Shown: piece after piece, positions 36,901-51,550 of the stretch
Layout: the number at the start of each line of letters is the position of its first letter
Numbering within the stretch: the stretch's first letter is position 1
NCBI GenBank assembly: GCA_040954595.2
Contig: CM082579.2
Location: 10,405,625 to 10,469,624 of the forward strand
Origin: Balanoglossus misakiensis
Taxonomy: Eukaryota > Animalia > Hemichordata
Direction: 5' to 3'
DNA length: 64,000 nucleotides
Notes under the pieces: model-generated
Told to the model about the DNA's origin: nothing
Seen by the model: only the letters and a program-made list of their open reading frames with translations
The model's database searches: none
Translations under genes and position numbers: made by a program

Positions 36901-39900
36901 GCAGGACCAGGAACTCATCAACCAATGGGCTGAGGAGGAAGAAGCATTGTATCGGTACGAGACGAAGTTCGTGGACCTACTACAAGATCAGTCATTACGA
37001 AGGGAGACTGATGTAACCAACACCCAGCTTGTGACAGTTGTATCCCGTTGTATCGTTTTTATAATAAATAGACTTGAATTCCAAGAGAAACTGAATCAAA
37101 CTGTTTGTGTCCATCCTTGTACATCAACAGCTCCGCGAATTAAGAGATCCAACTACACCCCCTCCAGCTAAACGTACACGCCTAGATCAAGACAATCAGA
37201 ATGTCGAATTGTATCCAATACGCGAGGTAAATAAGCGATTTATCAAAAAAATTAAAAACAACGGCTAGCGATTACGTAGTGAATTTCACTCCTGCAAAAA
37301 GTCGGAATTTAAGGGACGCGTTAAATGCGCTGTATCAACGCTTCGATAAGTGAGTTGACCAGCGATATGAAATCGAGTGATGAAATTCTGTTGCTTCAGG
37401 CCCAGGCTGGTGGACAGCCAGTTCAGCCACCTGTTCCAGATGTGCTACCATTGCCGGAAAGACAGGCCCCTAGACCTGTGCCTATGATGGCTCCCGATCC
37501 ATATCCATTCGATGAACGGGAAGAGCCTGTGCCAGCAGAAGACCATGCTAATGCTGCGGACCCAAGGGACATCCCCTTGCCGGAAGAACTCCTCCCCGAT
37601 AGGCAGCAACCACGACAGGGTAGAGTGCGGTTATATCAACTTGTCCGTGAAGCCCACGAATTGTACATTAATTTTTTTAAGAAATGACCTTCCAGATACA
37701 TTTGCTAACATCAACCGCACGTTAGAGAGATTGAACGAGCATTTAGATGGACTTTGAACATTTTTTTTTACTAATCTAAGTATTTGATTTCATTTTTGGT
37801 AGAATACTACTACTAGTTTTTATTACACTCATTATTATTATTATTAAAGTAATTTAGTTTTGACGAAGAAGTTGTGATGAGGAGCACGTTGTCCATAACA
37901 TTCATGTAATGTTTTCATAAAGAGATCAGGAACTATGTGCAGCTTCGTGAAAGAAGTACAATTAAAAAGAAATCATACCTGTAGAGCAATTAATGAGGTT
38001 TGGATTTATTGACTTGACTTTTAACGACCGAGTTGTTTTAGAAGATGTTTTGCATTTGCCGTGACACTACCTATTATTGATGGCTACAGTACAGAAACGA
38101 AGAAAACGCAAACGCTGCTGCTGAGGCATCATATGCAAGTGATGGCCGATAAAGTTAATTTGGCACTGAGACAATATCATCAGCCATATTATGTTGACAC
38201 TGATTTGTCAGACTAGTGTCAGTATGATTCCTGTACTGCCTTCATTTGCTCTCCATTCCATACTTCAACATTTCTCCATTTTTTCACTTCCTTTGAAAAG
38301 TGCTTATATTCCAGCACATATTCATTGCCTCTTTTTACACTGTAATATTGACATTCTTTTACTTCATTTGACATTTTTTACTATTTTCTTTTCCGATTAG
38401 ACAATTTGCGAGCGCTCACTTCATTCATTTTGCCATTTTCTTCACTGCTTTTTTTATTACAGTTGAACACATTTTTAGTGACACATTTTTTGATTTCACA
38501 TTTTTTTAATAATTTGTTCAGTTTGACATTTTGTTTCTTGCCTTTTTTTTGATGTGACAATGACATTCTTCTACTTGATTTGACATTTTTTTACTGTTTT
38601 TTTTCCTCGATTACACAATTTTTGACTGCTTCATTTAATTAGACATTTTCTTCACTGATTTTTCTATTTCAGTTTTTGAGAGTTTATCACTAGCCTGTAC
38701 TGAGTGCCTCTGAATGAGATGAGTATACTGGTACAACACCTTACAAGTTAATTTGTGGACCGGAGATTTAGAGACGCCAAGTGTGACATCATAGTCATCA
38801 CTTGCAGAGTGAGCTGCATAAAAAACACCTGAATTTGGAGGACCAGACAAGGGTACGGTTCCCTGCACGGGAGGCATTGTGTTTCACCGCATACCAGGCA
38901 TTCAGTACATTTACATAAAATTCAGGGAGTACAGATAAAAGAAAATCAGGAACCCTTTGCCAAATTGAGTGTTGATGCAATAAATTTGTGGTATTATCTA
39001 AAAGCAAATATGACCAGGGCAAAACAGCCCATGTCTCGTCTTTACACAGTATTATTCTTTTAACCCAAAGAGCCATCATTGCTTCCACTTGGCATTTCAC
39101 ATTAATATGATTAACTCCTCCTAGCTTGTAGTCACTTTCAAGAGTTTTGTTCGAAATTCTCCTTTTACGTTTTACAAAACTGTCAACGAGACGTTGTACT
39201 TTACAGAGTATATCATTGGGAATGCCAATTACTGATGATAAATACATGTACATAATTTTTGAAACAGCAAGAGACTTGGTAATGAGAATACGGCCATAAA
39301 TCGTGAGTTGCCGTCTTCCCCACATTTCCAAAACTTTACCTAATGATTTTAACTTATCATCCCAGTTGAACTGCTTACACAGAGCATTATCATACCCAAA
39401 ATACACTCCAAGAGTTTTTACAGAATTGTCAGACCAACTTATATCACCCACTTTATCGTTACATTTTCTTAAATTACCAAGTTTAAAAGCCTGCGTTTTC
39501 TTTTTATTTAACCTTAGCCCACTGCATCCCTGAAACTTTGAGAACAGAAGACAAATCTTCAACGAATACTGTTGTATCATCTGCAAGTAAAGATATCTTT
39601 GCTTCTTTGGCATGACCATTACCAGCAGGCAGACGAAACTTACTTAACTTGTTACTGCTTTCATTATTTACTTGATATTTTTTAGTGCTTCCATTATTAA
39701 TTGACATTTCTTATTTCTCATTATTTTAAACAATTGAACTTTATTCATTTATATACAACACAGCTCATTTTCATTGTTATATTTATTATTTTACATACAG
39801 CCTTCATAGTGAGAATTCTTCACTAAGGTGGAGTGAAGGTTGGACCCATGTTTGAATCTATTGGCTGTTGTTTTGTAATCACGTGTCTGTCAATCTATGA

Positions 39901-40055
39901 TGTCATAATTAGAATATGCAAATAGGAAATCCAGTCACTGTACTTAATGTGATCGACAGATCAAGTCTTCATCATTGTGAGTGACAGTGCCTACGTGACA
40001 ACATAGCAGCAGTTGAAGTTTAGCCGCTCCAAAAGTCTACGCACAGCACATCACC
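33999..40055 (+). repeat. Array unit 5 (A-R-S-J-D-F'-G-U-partial H-I-M-N-O-Tx1-P)
   Basis: Left part like units 3/6, middle like units 1/7. Confidence 0.85.
38674..39639 (-). mobile_element. Tx1/L1 LINE fragment
   Basis: 273-aa frame 38798-39619 with post-YADD RT/thumb motifs; same left junction as units 1 and 4. Confidence 0.9.
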
Positions 40056-43000
40056 CTGACATGGCAAGAAGAGGTGGAGGCAGACCGGAAACGGCTTTTT
40101 GCTTCCACCACGAGTTCTCACTTACGGCATCGGGTTGGCCAAAGTGTCGCTCCCTGAAAAGGAGAGGTTGACTTGATTCGCCAATATCAACTGGCTACTC
40201 GGAGACTGGCCACTGGCGATGGGTGGCAGCTTCACATGCCGTGAAGCTGATGTTGTTTTCTCCGTGGAATGGTTATACAAGCATCTCCATCGGGATCCGC
40301 ACAAGAACAGGATCCCGCAACGGAAGTCCCGTCACGTCTGGACCCTGCCGTGACATCCGCTTGCGACCGTCAAACATCTACTGAAAAAGTCTGGGGAGAC
40401 GGTCGTCATGGACGATACCACGCAAGGCAGGGACCCAGTCACCTCTGTCCCATCAACATCCAGGGCATCCTCACCCCGAAGAACATCCTCTACACGACCA
40501 TCATCTTCTACAGTGGCGGCGCCCCGCAAATTATATTCTACCGTGGCTGTGCAACAACCCTTGGTGAACCACCAAGGAAGAGCTCGCAACGCCGTCAACC
40601 ACTGCGAGGGCAGTCCACCCAGCCACCAAGGAAGAGCGCTCAATTCCAGTAAAGTACAGGAAATGCCAAATAACAGAGTCCTGGAATTGACAAAAAAGTA
40701 TCTAAACCATATTAATTTTGATGGGGACTGTGTTGACAAAAACAGCACAATTTGTGAGTCATGTAGGATAGCCTCCTCTAAATATGTAAGATCAGAATAT
40801 GATGTCAAAACAGTGAAATCTGCATCAAAACATTAAATGAGGTCTCTGTGCAGTAGTTACAAGGATGTTAAGTGTATTGATATAAACACCATCAGATCAT
40901 GGACGAATCAGCCTTTGTAGCTGAAATTATTAATCGCTTTGCGTAATGTGACCCAAGATTTCTTTCATAAGCAAACTCGGTAACGAGGCTGCTGGAAGGA
41001 TTAGCGCCCTCATGCGGTTTAATGTAGAGATGACGGTCTCTTTCTCCCACATGGGCTGCCATGATAGGTACATGTGTTTGATTGCTCCGGTTTTCAATCG
41101 CCTGTAATGGACGGTTTGAAATTGCCATCCATATGTATCGACAAACTATAAATAATAGTCGACATCTCTGGAACGTTCGACCGAGATTTTAGTATCAAAC
41201 CTGCACCCGTGCGAGAAGTGTTACACGGCAGAACGATGGCAGAAGCTCCGAAATTCTCATCTGTGGCAACTCAAACATCCGATGGGGAGTTCAAAGAGAA
41301 TGTCGTGCAAAGTGATCCATTCGGGTTAGAGGACGAAAATTTCCCGGAAGATGAAGAGATAGAATTAGCCAGGTTGGCACAGAAAGCGGAAGAATATCTG
41401 GAGTTGGAGAAGAAATTCCAAACGAAACTTTTCTATGCCCGGCGTACTATATTATTCAGTATTGGTGAGGGGGGGGGGGGGGGACTGTGAAGGGTGTGAA
41501 ATTGATGATCCTTCGCAATTTCGTCATGACTGTATGTTGACAGTCTTTACAAAATTGGTTGACAAGTACTTGGACATGCTATGGAGAGTGATCTTCCGAC
41601 ACTATAAATGTCCGAGATGATGATGGAAACAGGGAAAGAGAATGGACAATTACTGGACGTATTAATCCATCCATGCTACGCGCTATTTGGAAGTACAGAA
41701 GAAGACATAAAGGAACAAGGAAATAGTTTATAGAAGTTCGTTAAACATTACGAAGAATAGAAAGAGATTGGAAAGTTCCCATCCACGTAGATTATCCGAG
41801 GCTGACAGTCTATTATGCCGTATGGTACCGCAGAAGAAGTAACCTCATTATTAAAGTTACAGGCGTCTACCATCTCTCCGGAATTAAAACTTCTAGTGGT
41901 ACGTAAAGTCTGTCATCTGACACGGAGAGAGCTTCCTGATGTGACAAGATGAGTTAAAGAGTTGTGTCTCGCTTGAAGAATTTGATTCAATGTTAGAATC
42001 ATGCGGCAATCATCTATCTAATGAATTACATCTGGCTGCTCTGGGCGGAAAGAGAGTCAACAGATGGCGAGGCACACTGTGGAAGTTCAGACAATGTAGA
42101 TACTCTTTCGCCCACTTGTGAAATTCAACGTGAAAACCAACATACACGTATAGGTGAAATTACGTGTAACAAAGATCAGCGTGGTGGTAGTACCTCTGGG
42201 AATAAAAATCCTGTAATTATTGACAATTCAATCGTTCAGCCGGAGAATCCTCCTCCATCAGTTAGTTTGGTGCCGGGTCCTGCACAGAACCCTAGAAAAC
42301 GCAGAATAAGCGTTGGAGAAATTCGCGATAACGCAGGAGAAATGTTTGAAATTCGTAAAGTACAGTGCTTGTCAAATGAGAGAGCAAGTAGATGTGGTAT
42401 GCGGCCCTAGCTTCTCCCGATGAAAGAAGGGTCAGACAGGAAAGAGACCTGGGCCGCAGTTGCTGGCAGGTGCTGTACCATTCATGCCAGGGGTGCTTCA
42501 GGCTCAGGCTGGTGGACAGACAGTTCAGCCACCTGTTCACGTTGTGCCACCATTGCCGGAAAGACAGGCCCTTAGACCTGTGCCTATGATGGCTCCCGAT
42601 CCATATCCATTCGATCAACGGGAAGAGCCTGTGCCAGCAGAAGACCATTCTGACCCAAGGGACATCCCCTTGCCGGAAGAACCCCTTCCCCATAGGCAGC
42701 AACCACGACAGGGTAGAGTGCGGCTATATCAACTCGTCCGGGAAGCCCACGAATTATACATTAATTTTTTAAGGAATGACCTTCCAGATACAATTGCCAA
42801 CATCAACCGCACGTTAGAGAGATTGAACGAGCATTTAGATGGACTTTGAACATTTTTTTTTACTAATCTAAGTATTTTATTTTATTTTTGGTAGAATACT
42901 ACTACTAGTTGTTATTACACTCATTATTATTATTATTATTAAAGTAAATTAGTTTTGACGAAGATGTTGTGATGAGGAGGAGCACGTTGTCCATAACATT

Positions 43001-43961
43001 CATATAATGTTTTCATAAAGAGATCAGGAACTGTGTGCAGCTTCGTGAAAGAAGTACAATTAAAAAGAAATCATACCTGTAGAGCAATTAATGAGGTTTC
43101 CCAAAGCAATGCAATGCAATGCTATTTAAGATTTATTTGGCTTTGGATTTATTGACTTGACTAATAACGACTGAGTTGTTTTAGAAGATGTTTTGCATTT
43201 GCCGTGACACTACCTATTATTGATGGCTACAGTACAGAAACGAAGAAAACGCAAACGCTGCTGCCGAGACGTCATATGCAAGTGATGGCCGATAAAGTTA
43301 AATCGGCACTGAGACAATATCATCAGTCATATTATGTTGACACTGATTTGTCAGACTAGTGTCAGTATGATTCCTGTACTGCCTTCATTTGCTCTCCATT
43401 CCATACTTCAACATTTCTCCATTTGTTTACTTCCTTTGAAAAGTGCTTATATTCCAGCACATATTCATTGCCTCTTTTTACACTGTAATATTGACATTCT
43501 TTTACTTCATTTGACATTTTTTACTGTTTTCTTTTCTGATTAGACAATTTGCGAGCGCTCACTTCATTCATTTTGCCATTTTCTTCACTGCTTTTTTTAT
43601 TACAGTTGAACACATTTTTTAGTGACACATTTTTTGATTTCACATTTTAATAATTTGTTCAGTTTGACATTTTTTCTCTTGCCTTTTTTTGATATGACAT
43701 TGACATTCTTCTACTTGATTTGACATTTTTTACTGTTTTTTTTTCTCGATTACACAATTTTTGACTGCTTCATTTAATTAGACATTTTCTTCACTGATTT
43801 TTTCTATTTCAGTTTACATTTCTTCGCTACTTTCCTTTTTCGGTTGAACGTTTTTTAGTGATACATTTTTAGATTTACCATTTCTTTAGTAATTTGTTCC
43901 ATTTGACATTTTTTATTGCCTTTTTCCGATGTGATATTGACATTATTTTACTTAACTTGTT

Positions 43962-45918
43962 TTTTTTTTTTTTTTTTTCATCTTTTATTTAAACCTTCAC
44001 CTCAAATACATGCTTATATAAATATAGAAAAGACAGTGTTGTCGCACGGGCCTGAAGAGGTTAAAAATTACAACAAACTCGTAATTTTCTGAAAAGTTTC
44101 TAGCACCACAGCTTTTGCATCTAGTTGTTTTTCAATCTTATATCTTAACATAAATTCATTTTTGATTAAACTTCAATCGGTGTATTATCTCATTAGTCAC
44201 CCAGTACTTATGGATGCTCCATTTCCCAAGAAGAATTAAAAGCTGAAAAACATAACGTTTTTCCTTGGGTTTGACATTCTCGCCGGCATTTGTAAAAATA
44301 ATGTCTGATGGTGTTATTTCGCTACACTCAGAACATCTAGAGATGAAATATTTCAGCTTTTTCCAGCATCTTACAGCTATTTGACAATAAATAAATCTGT
44401 GTTCCAGAGAGTCAATCTGGTGACAAAGAGGACAGAACATTGAATCATTTAACTTCCACAAGTATAAATACTTATTACATGGTAATAAACGTTGTAGAAG
44501 TTTCCACTGAAACTCTCTTAAAGGGACAAAGTCTCTCTCCAGCTGCCCCTTTTCCATTAATTATGTTTGATACAAGACACCATTTATGTTAATGTAAATG
44601 TGGATATATAGTGAATCAATGATCAACCACACAAAACTTCCATCCCACTTGTATGATATGAGAGTAAAAACTCGCCCAAAATGAATAAATGGTAAAGAAC
44701 GATTATTCATTTGGCGAGTTTTTTCACTCTCCTGTCTATAAGTGGGATGGAATTTGTGTGTGGTTGAACGTTCATTCACTATATATCCACATGTAGAATA
44801 ACAAAAGGTGTCTTGTATCAAATATAATTAATGGAAAAAAGGGCAGCGAGAGAGAGACTTTGTCCCTTTTTAACTTGGTCTCTTTAGTCAGCTTTTACGC
44901 ACTCAGCCAGATTTTGTAACAGTCGCTCTCTGGCTTTACAGGGGTGATATTTAACTTAGAAAACCATTTTGAGAGTTTATCACTAGCCTGTACTGAGTGC
45001 CTCTGAATGAGATGAGTATACAACACCTTACAAGTTAATTTGTGGACCGGAGATTTGGAGACGCCAAGTGTGACCTCATAGTCATCACTTGCAGAGTGAG
45101 CTGCATAAAAACACCTGAATTTGGAGGACCAGATAAGGGTACGGTTCCCTGCACAGGAGGTATTGTGTTTCACCGCATACCAGGCATTCAGTACATTTAC
45201 ATAAAATTCAGGGAGTACAGATAAAAGAAAATCAGGAACCCTTTGCCAAATTGAGTGTTGATGCAATAAATTTGTGGTATTATCTAAAAGCAAATATGAC
45301 CAGGGCAAAACAGCCCATGTGTCGTCTTTACACATTATTATTCTTTTAACCCAAAGAGCCATCATTGCTTCCACTTGGCATTTCACATTAATATGATTAA
45401 CTCCTAGCTTGTAGTCACTTTCAAGAGTTTTTTTTTCGAAATTCTCCTTTTACGTTTTACAAAACTGTCAACGAGACATTGTACTTTACAGAGTATATCA
45501 TTGGGAATGCCAATTACTGATGATAAATACATAATTTTTGAAACAGCAAGAGACTTGGTAATGAGAACACGGCCATAAATCGTGAGTTGCCGTCTTCCCC
45601 ACATTTCCAAAACTTTACCTAATGATTTTAACTTATCATCCCAGTTTAACTGCTTACACAGAGCATCATCATACCCAAAATAAACTCCAAGAGTTTTTAC
45701 AGGATTGTCAGACCAACTTATATCACCCACTTTATCGTTACATTTTCTTAAATTACCAAGTTTAAAAGCCTGCGTTTTCTTTTTATTTAACCTTAGCCCA
45801 CTGCATCCCTGAAACTTTGAGAACAGAAGACAAATCTTCAACGAATACTATTGTATCATCTGCAAGTAAAGATATCTTTGCTTCTTTGGCATGACCATTA
45901 CCAGCAGGCAGATGAAAC
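43962..45918 (-). mobile_element. 5'-truncated Tx1/L1 LINE insertion with poly(A) tail and 14-bp TSD (most complete copy)
   Basis: Minus strand: RT end, LREFQWKLLQRLLPCN..CPLC...DSLEH.F..C zinc knuckle, AATAAA, poly(A). TTACTTAACTTGTT flanks both ends (43948-43961 and 45919-45932). Confidence 0.92.
44522..44867. mobile_element. Kolobok-type MITE, same family as 28518-28864, opposite orientation
   Basis: Same TIRs at a TTAA site; empty site CTCTTAACC at ~52431. Confidence 0.88.
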
Positions 45919-47794
45919 TTACTTAACTTGTTACTGCTTTCATTATTTACTAGATATTTTTTACTGCTTCCATTATTAATTGACATTTCTTATTTCTCAT
46001 TTTTTTAAACAATTGAACTTTATTCATTTATATACAACACAGCTCATTTTCATTGTTATATTTATTATTTTACATACAGCCTTCATAGTGAGAATTCTTC
46101 ACTAAGGTGGAGTGAAGGTTGGACCCATGTTTGAATCTATTGGCTGTTGTTTTGTAATCACGTGTCTGTCATCTATGATGTCACAATTAGAATATGCAAA
46201 TAGGAAGTCCAGTCACTGTACTTAATGTGATCGACAGATCAAGTCTTCATCATTGTGAGTGACAGCGCCTACGTGACAACATCGCAGCAGTTGAAGTTTA
46301 GCCGCTCCAAAAGTCTACGCACAACACATCACCCTGACATGGCAAGAAGAGGTGGAGGCAGACCGGAAACAGATTTTGCTTCCACCACGAGTTCTCACTT
46401 ACGGCATCGGGTTGGCCAAAGTCTCGCTCCCTGAAAAGGAGAGGTTGACTTGATACGCCAATATCAACTGGCTACTCGGAGACTGGCCAATTGCAATGGA
46501 TGGAAGACATACGCCGTGAAGCTGATGTGGTTTTCTCCGTGGAATGGTTATACAAGCATCTCCTCCATCGGGATCCGCACAAGAACAGGATCCCGCAACG
46601 GAATCCCTGTCCAAGCAGCACCGTCACGTCTGGACCCTGCTGTGATATTTGCTTGCAGACGCGGCCAGATCTACCGACTGTCAAACATCTACTGAAAAAG
46701 TCGGGGGAGACGGTCGTCGTAGAAGATACCACGCAAGGCAGGGACCCAGTCACCTCCATCGCATCAACATCCAGGGCATCCTCACCCCGAAGAACATCCT
46801 CTACACGACCATCATCTTCTACAGTGGCGGCGCCCCGCAAATTATATTCTACTGTGGCTGCAGTGCAACAACCCTTGGTGAACCACCAAGGAAGAGCTCG
46901 CAACGCCGTCAACCACTGTGAGGGCAGTCCACCCAGCCACCAAGGAAGAGCGCTCAATTCCAGTAAAGTACAGGAAATGCCAAATAACAGAGTCCTGGAA
47001 TTGACAAAAAGGTATCTAAACCTAGTTTATAAGCAACACCCATGATTAATATGCATGAGTACTTAATTTTCAAGCAGGGGTGGCATTCCCCTATTTTGAA
47101 AGAAACATGGAGAAAACAATGGGGTTAGTAATGGACTGTAATGTAACTACATGCTAAGATCTTAATTTTAGACCTCATTGTAGAGGGGGGGGGGTTACAT
47201 ATCTTGCATTTGTAATTGGTATGTCAGCACAAATTTGCAGGTCATGAAAATTATTAGTTTAATAAAAAATTAGAGACATTTTGCACCAATATAATGTGCT
47301 CCCCCATCAGTTGTGCAACCTGTATCCCTGCAGGTTATATCATAAAATAGGCTAACAAATTTCTAAAGAATCGCACACAGATGCAAAGCAATCAAGTTTT
47401 ATGTCTCGCTACAAACTACCCTCTGGATATCATCTTCTTATTACGCTTGTAATTATAGATTAATTTTGATGCATTGACTTTCATGATGTTGATTATAAGA
47501 TATGGCTGCCATTGATTAAAGTTACATTATATGCATCATATGTGGTAAGTGATCCAAAAGTTATATACTACATGCAGTAAGGCTCATTTACAAAATTACT
47601 TTTCTTTCTTTGTTCCACAGATACTGTATGAATTCCAGCTAATACTGGGATGTGATATGGTGGATGAAATGACTATTCGTTGGAAAAAAATGATGTATTA
47701 CATTGACAAAATAATCAAGTGCAGGGAAGGTTCATCTTGTGATGATGATGATGATGATGCAGCTGATAATGAGCCTGAATATTCAACACAATAG

Positions 47795-48205
47795 ACTTCA
47801 GAATCCGAATAAGGAATAAGTCACAGACTTCAGAAGCGAATAAGGAAAAAGTCAGATTTCGAATAAGGAATAAGTCACAGACTTCAGCTTTGAATAAGGA
47901 ATAAGGAATAAGTAACAAACTTCACATTCGAATAAGGAATAAGGAATAAGTAACAAACTTCACATTCGAATAAGGAATAAGGAATAAGTAACAAACTTCA
48001 CATTCGAATAAGGAATAAGGAATAAGTAACAAACTTCACATTCGAATAAGGAATAAGGAATAAGTAACAAACTTCACATTCGAATAAGGAATAAGGAATA
48101 AGGAATAAGTAACAAACTTCACATTCGAATAAGGAATAAGGAATAAGGAATAAGTAACAAACTTCACATTCGAATAAGGAATAAGGAATAAGTAACAAAC
48201 TTCAC
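47795..48205 (+). repeat. Same minisatellite, 8 copies
   Basis: Counted by eye. Confidence 0.95.
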
Positions 48206-50506
48206 GGACCCCCCTCTTTCGCCGACTTCGAACGATGGCAGAAGAACAAGGACGTACGTAAAATGGTTAAGGAAGCCTTCATAAAGGAACTGCAAATGCC
48301 CTGGAGCGTAATGGAGAAGTTGCCAATGCGGGTCTGCACTAGATCATAGATGTGAACAGACGTTCGTCAGAACTGACCAATTTAATGAACACCCGTGCGT
48401 CATGTCGACCGCGTCAACTGTGTCAACGACGGGAGCCTCAGCCACTAGCACGACCTGTACTGCTACCGCTACCGGGTCTACTAACTACGTCGCGCCAGCA
48501 GTGTCGACTGGGGCGCCTCCACACACTTGAGAGTCCACACCAAGGAATAGTTTTGCATATTTGCATATTTATAATTTTGAGCCATATTTGCCATTTTTGG
48601 TCAGTTTTTTTTTTCTCTCTAAAACCGTATGCCAGATTGCTTTGAAATTTGTTAGGCATGTTCCTAGGGGAATCCCAGGTAAGATGATGCAAAAAAAATG
48701 TGATTTTTGCATAAATGTGTTATTGGTAAATTTTTGCAACATGTACTTCAATCAAACAAGTCATTTAAGATTGATGGAGAGGTATTTGTTAATATCGTTC
48801 ACGTGAAAATCACAAAGGGGGATAAGGACCGCGAAATAAAAGTGATGATGCAGAACATTTTTGAAAATATAATAACAGTATTATTCGTATTAGAAACAAA
48901 GATCATTTGTGTTGCGCGCGGGGAATTGTGACGGCCAAAGCATGTATTGACAAACGCCCTGATCTCGTGTACATTACAAAAAAAGACGAACAATTCAGGA
49001 AGTATTAGCGAAAAGTCATCATCAGCCGATAGCGACCTGGAGATACAGTCCGCAAAATTACAGAAGTCCTTACATCCTAGCAGGAAAATTGTGAAGGCTG
49101 TAAACTCCAAGACCCGTCGCAGATACGTCAGAGAACGATAAAACATCAGCCGGAAAAATGGCACACCAAAACCAATGTCTCAACCAACAGGCTGTTGTCG
49201 CTGCAGAATTCCGGACTACTGACGGGGATCTGACGGTAGAATGAAGTGAAGGCTGTAAACTCCAAGACCCGTCGCAGATACGTCAGAGAACGATAAAACA
49301 TCAGCCGGAAAAATGGCACACCAAAACCAATGTCTCAACCAACAGGCTGTTGTCGCTGCAGAATTCCGGACTACTGACGGGGATCTGACGGTAGAATGAA
49401 GTGACAATGCAGACTTCACATCGCAGGACCAGGAACTCATCGTCCAGTGGGCTGAGGAGGAAGAGGCATTGTATCGGTACGAGACGAAGTTCATGGACCT
49501 ACCGGTACTACAAGATTTTTTTTCGGTCTTTATATGTCAGATAGTCGATGAAAATTGTGAAGGCTGTAAACTCCAAGACCCGTCGCAGATACACCACGAC
49601 TGTCTAATGTTCACTAATGCCGAGAAGATATATATGTACTTCGAAGTAGGTCTTAAAAAGAATGGACATATGTGAGCTGATACAGTCATTACGAAGGGAG
49701 ACTGATGTAACCAACACCCAGCTTGCGACAGCTGTATCCCGTTGTATCGTTTTTATAATAAATAGACTTGAATTCCAAGAGAAACTGAATCAAACTGTTG
49801 GTGTCTATCCTTGTACATCAACAGCCCTGCGAATTAAGAGATCCAACTACACCCCCTCCAGCTAAACGTACTCGCCTAGATCAAGACAATCAGAATGTTG
49901 AATTGTGTCGGATACGCGAGGTAAATAAGCGATTTATCAAAAAAAACAACGGTTAGCGATTACGTAGTGAATTTCACTCCTGCAAAAAGTCAGAATTTGC
50001 AGGACGCGTTAAATGCGCAGTACCAACGTTTCGATAGGTTGATAAGTGAGTTGACCAGCGATATGAAATCGAGTGATAAAATTCTGTTGCTGGCAGGTGC
50101 TGTACCATTCATGCCAGGAGAGCTTCAGCCTCAGGCTGGTGGACAGCCAATTCAGCCGCCTGTTCCAGATGTGCTACCATTGCCGGAAAGACAGGCCCCC
50201 TAGACCTGTGCCTATGATGGCTCCATATCCATATCCATTCGATCAACGGGAAGAGCCTGTGCCAGCAGAAGACCATGCTGCGGACCCAAGGGACATCCCC
50301 TTGCGGGAAGAACACCTTCCCTATAGGCGGCAACCACGACAGGGTAGAGTGTGGTCATATCAACTCGTCCGGGAAGCCCACGAATTATACATTAATATTG
50401 ACATTCTTTTACTTCATTTGACATTTTTTACTGTTTTCTTTTCCGATTAGATAATTTGCGAGCGCTCACTTCATTCATTTTGCCATTTTCTTCACTGCTT
50501 TTTTTA

Positions 50507-51550
50507 TTAGGGCACAAGCCAAGCAGGCTTGTGCCCTATTGGTATTACTGGGGTTTTTCATCTTTTTTTTTTTTTTCTTGTGTAGTTTTTTTGCTCAGTT
50601 AGATCTTGAAAACGGCTGAACCTACAAATCTCAAACTTGGCACAGTGGTGCAGGCCTATGGGAGCTGGTGCAGTACCTTTGTGAATGTTTAATAAGTCAT
50701 GTGACCTGATGACCATATATGGGCAAAGTTTTCAAATGGGCCTAATTTGCATATTAATGGAGATATCAAAATTCTTTTAGCGATTTTTGCGGACCATGTG
50801 GTCAGTGTCCTACATGCCAAATTTCAAGGCCCTGGGCCAAGTCAATGTTGAGAAGAAGATTTTTAAATATTATATTTCATATTTTTTGTACCCAGCCTAT
50901 ACTGTCTTTAGTTAAGGTGTGATGCTATTCCCACATCTGTGCAATGGTTCTGTACAGTGACAGTCTATTGGCAGTGAGCAGAATGGGACCAAAATAAAAG
51001 GCAGAATTTTGGGCTCACCTGTAACACCTGCTTAACTCATTAATTATGTGCATACCTAATTCTGGGCTAACTAATAGGTCTAGAGGTTTCGTGTTTGTGG
51101 GACATGGACCATTATAGGGTCAAAATTTCTTGCCCAAATTTTGCATGACCTCAGGTGACCTTTGACCTACTTTCCTATATCTCGTCATCCAGAGCAGGTA
51201 CAGACTTTGAGTTTGGAGGGTTGGAACTAAAATTGAAAAGCCAAAATTTGGGGTCACCTGTGACACCTGCTTAACTCATTACTTATGCGCATACCTAATT
51301 CCAGGCTAGCCAATAGAGCTAGAGGTTTGATTTTTGTTGAACATGGACCAGTATGGGATTAAAATTTCTTGCCCAATTTTGGGTGACCTCAGGTGACCTT
51401 TGACCTACTTTCCTATATCTCGGCATCCAGAACAGGTACAGCATTTGTGTTTGGATGGATCGAACTTTTTGCCCAAATTTTGGGTGACCACATATGACCT
51501 TTGACCTTTGGCTTAAGCTTGTGCCCGTCATCGCTGCTTGCAGCTATATT
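50507..51550 (+). mobile_element. Non-autonomous Helentron-associated element (HINE/DINE-1-like)
   Basis: 5' GGGCACAAGC with an adjacent inverted copy GCTTGTGCCC, the same motif inverted near the 3' end, and a terminal hairpin GCTGCTTGCAGC. It has two ~240-bp internal repeats and is inserted in a T-rich site (other units read TTTTATTACAGTTG). Confidence 0.8.

Larger units (their letters stand above)
40056..46333 (+). repeat. Array unit 6 (A-R-S-J-K-Q-M-N-O-long Tx1[+MITE]-P)
   Basis: Same middle as unit 3 but keeps the Tx1 3' end and poly(A). Confidence 0.85.
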
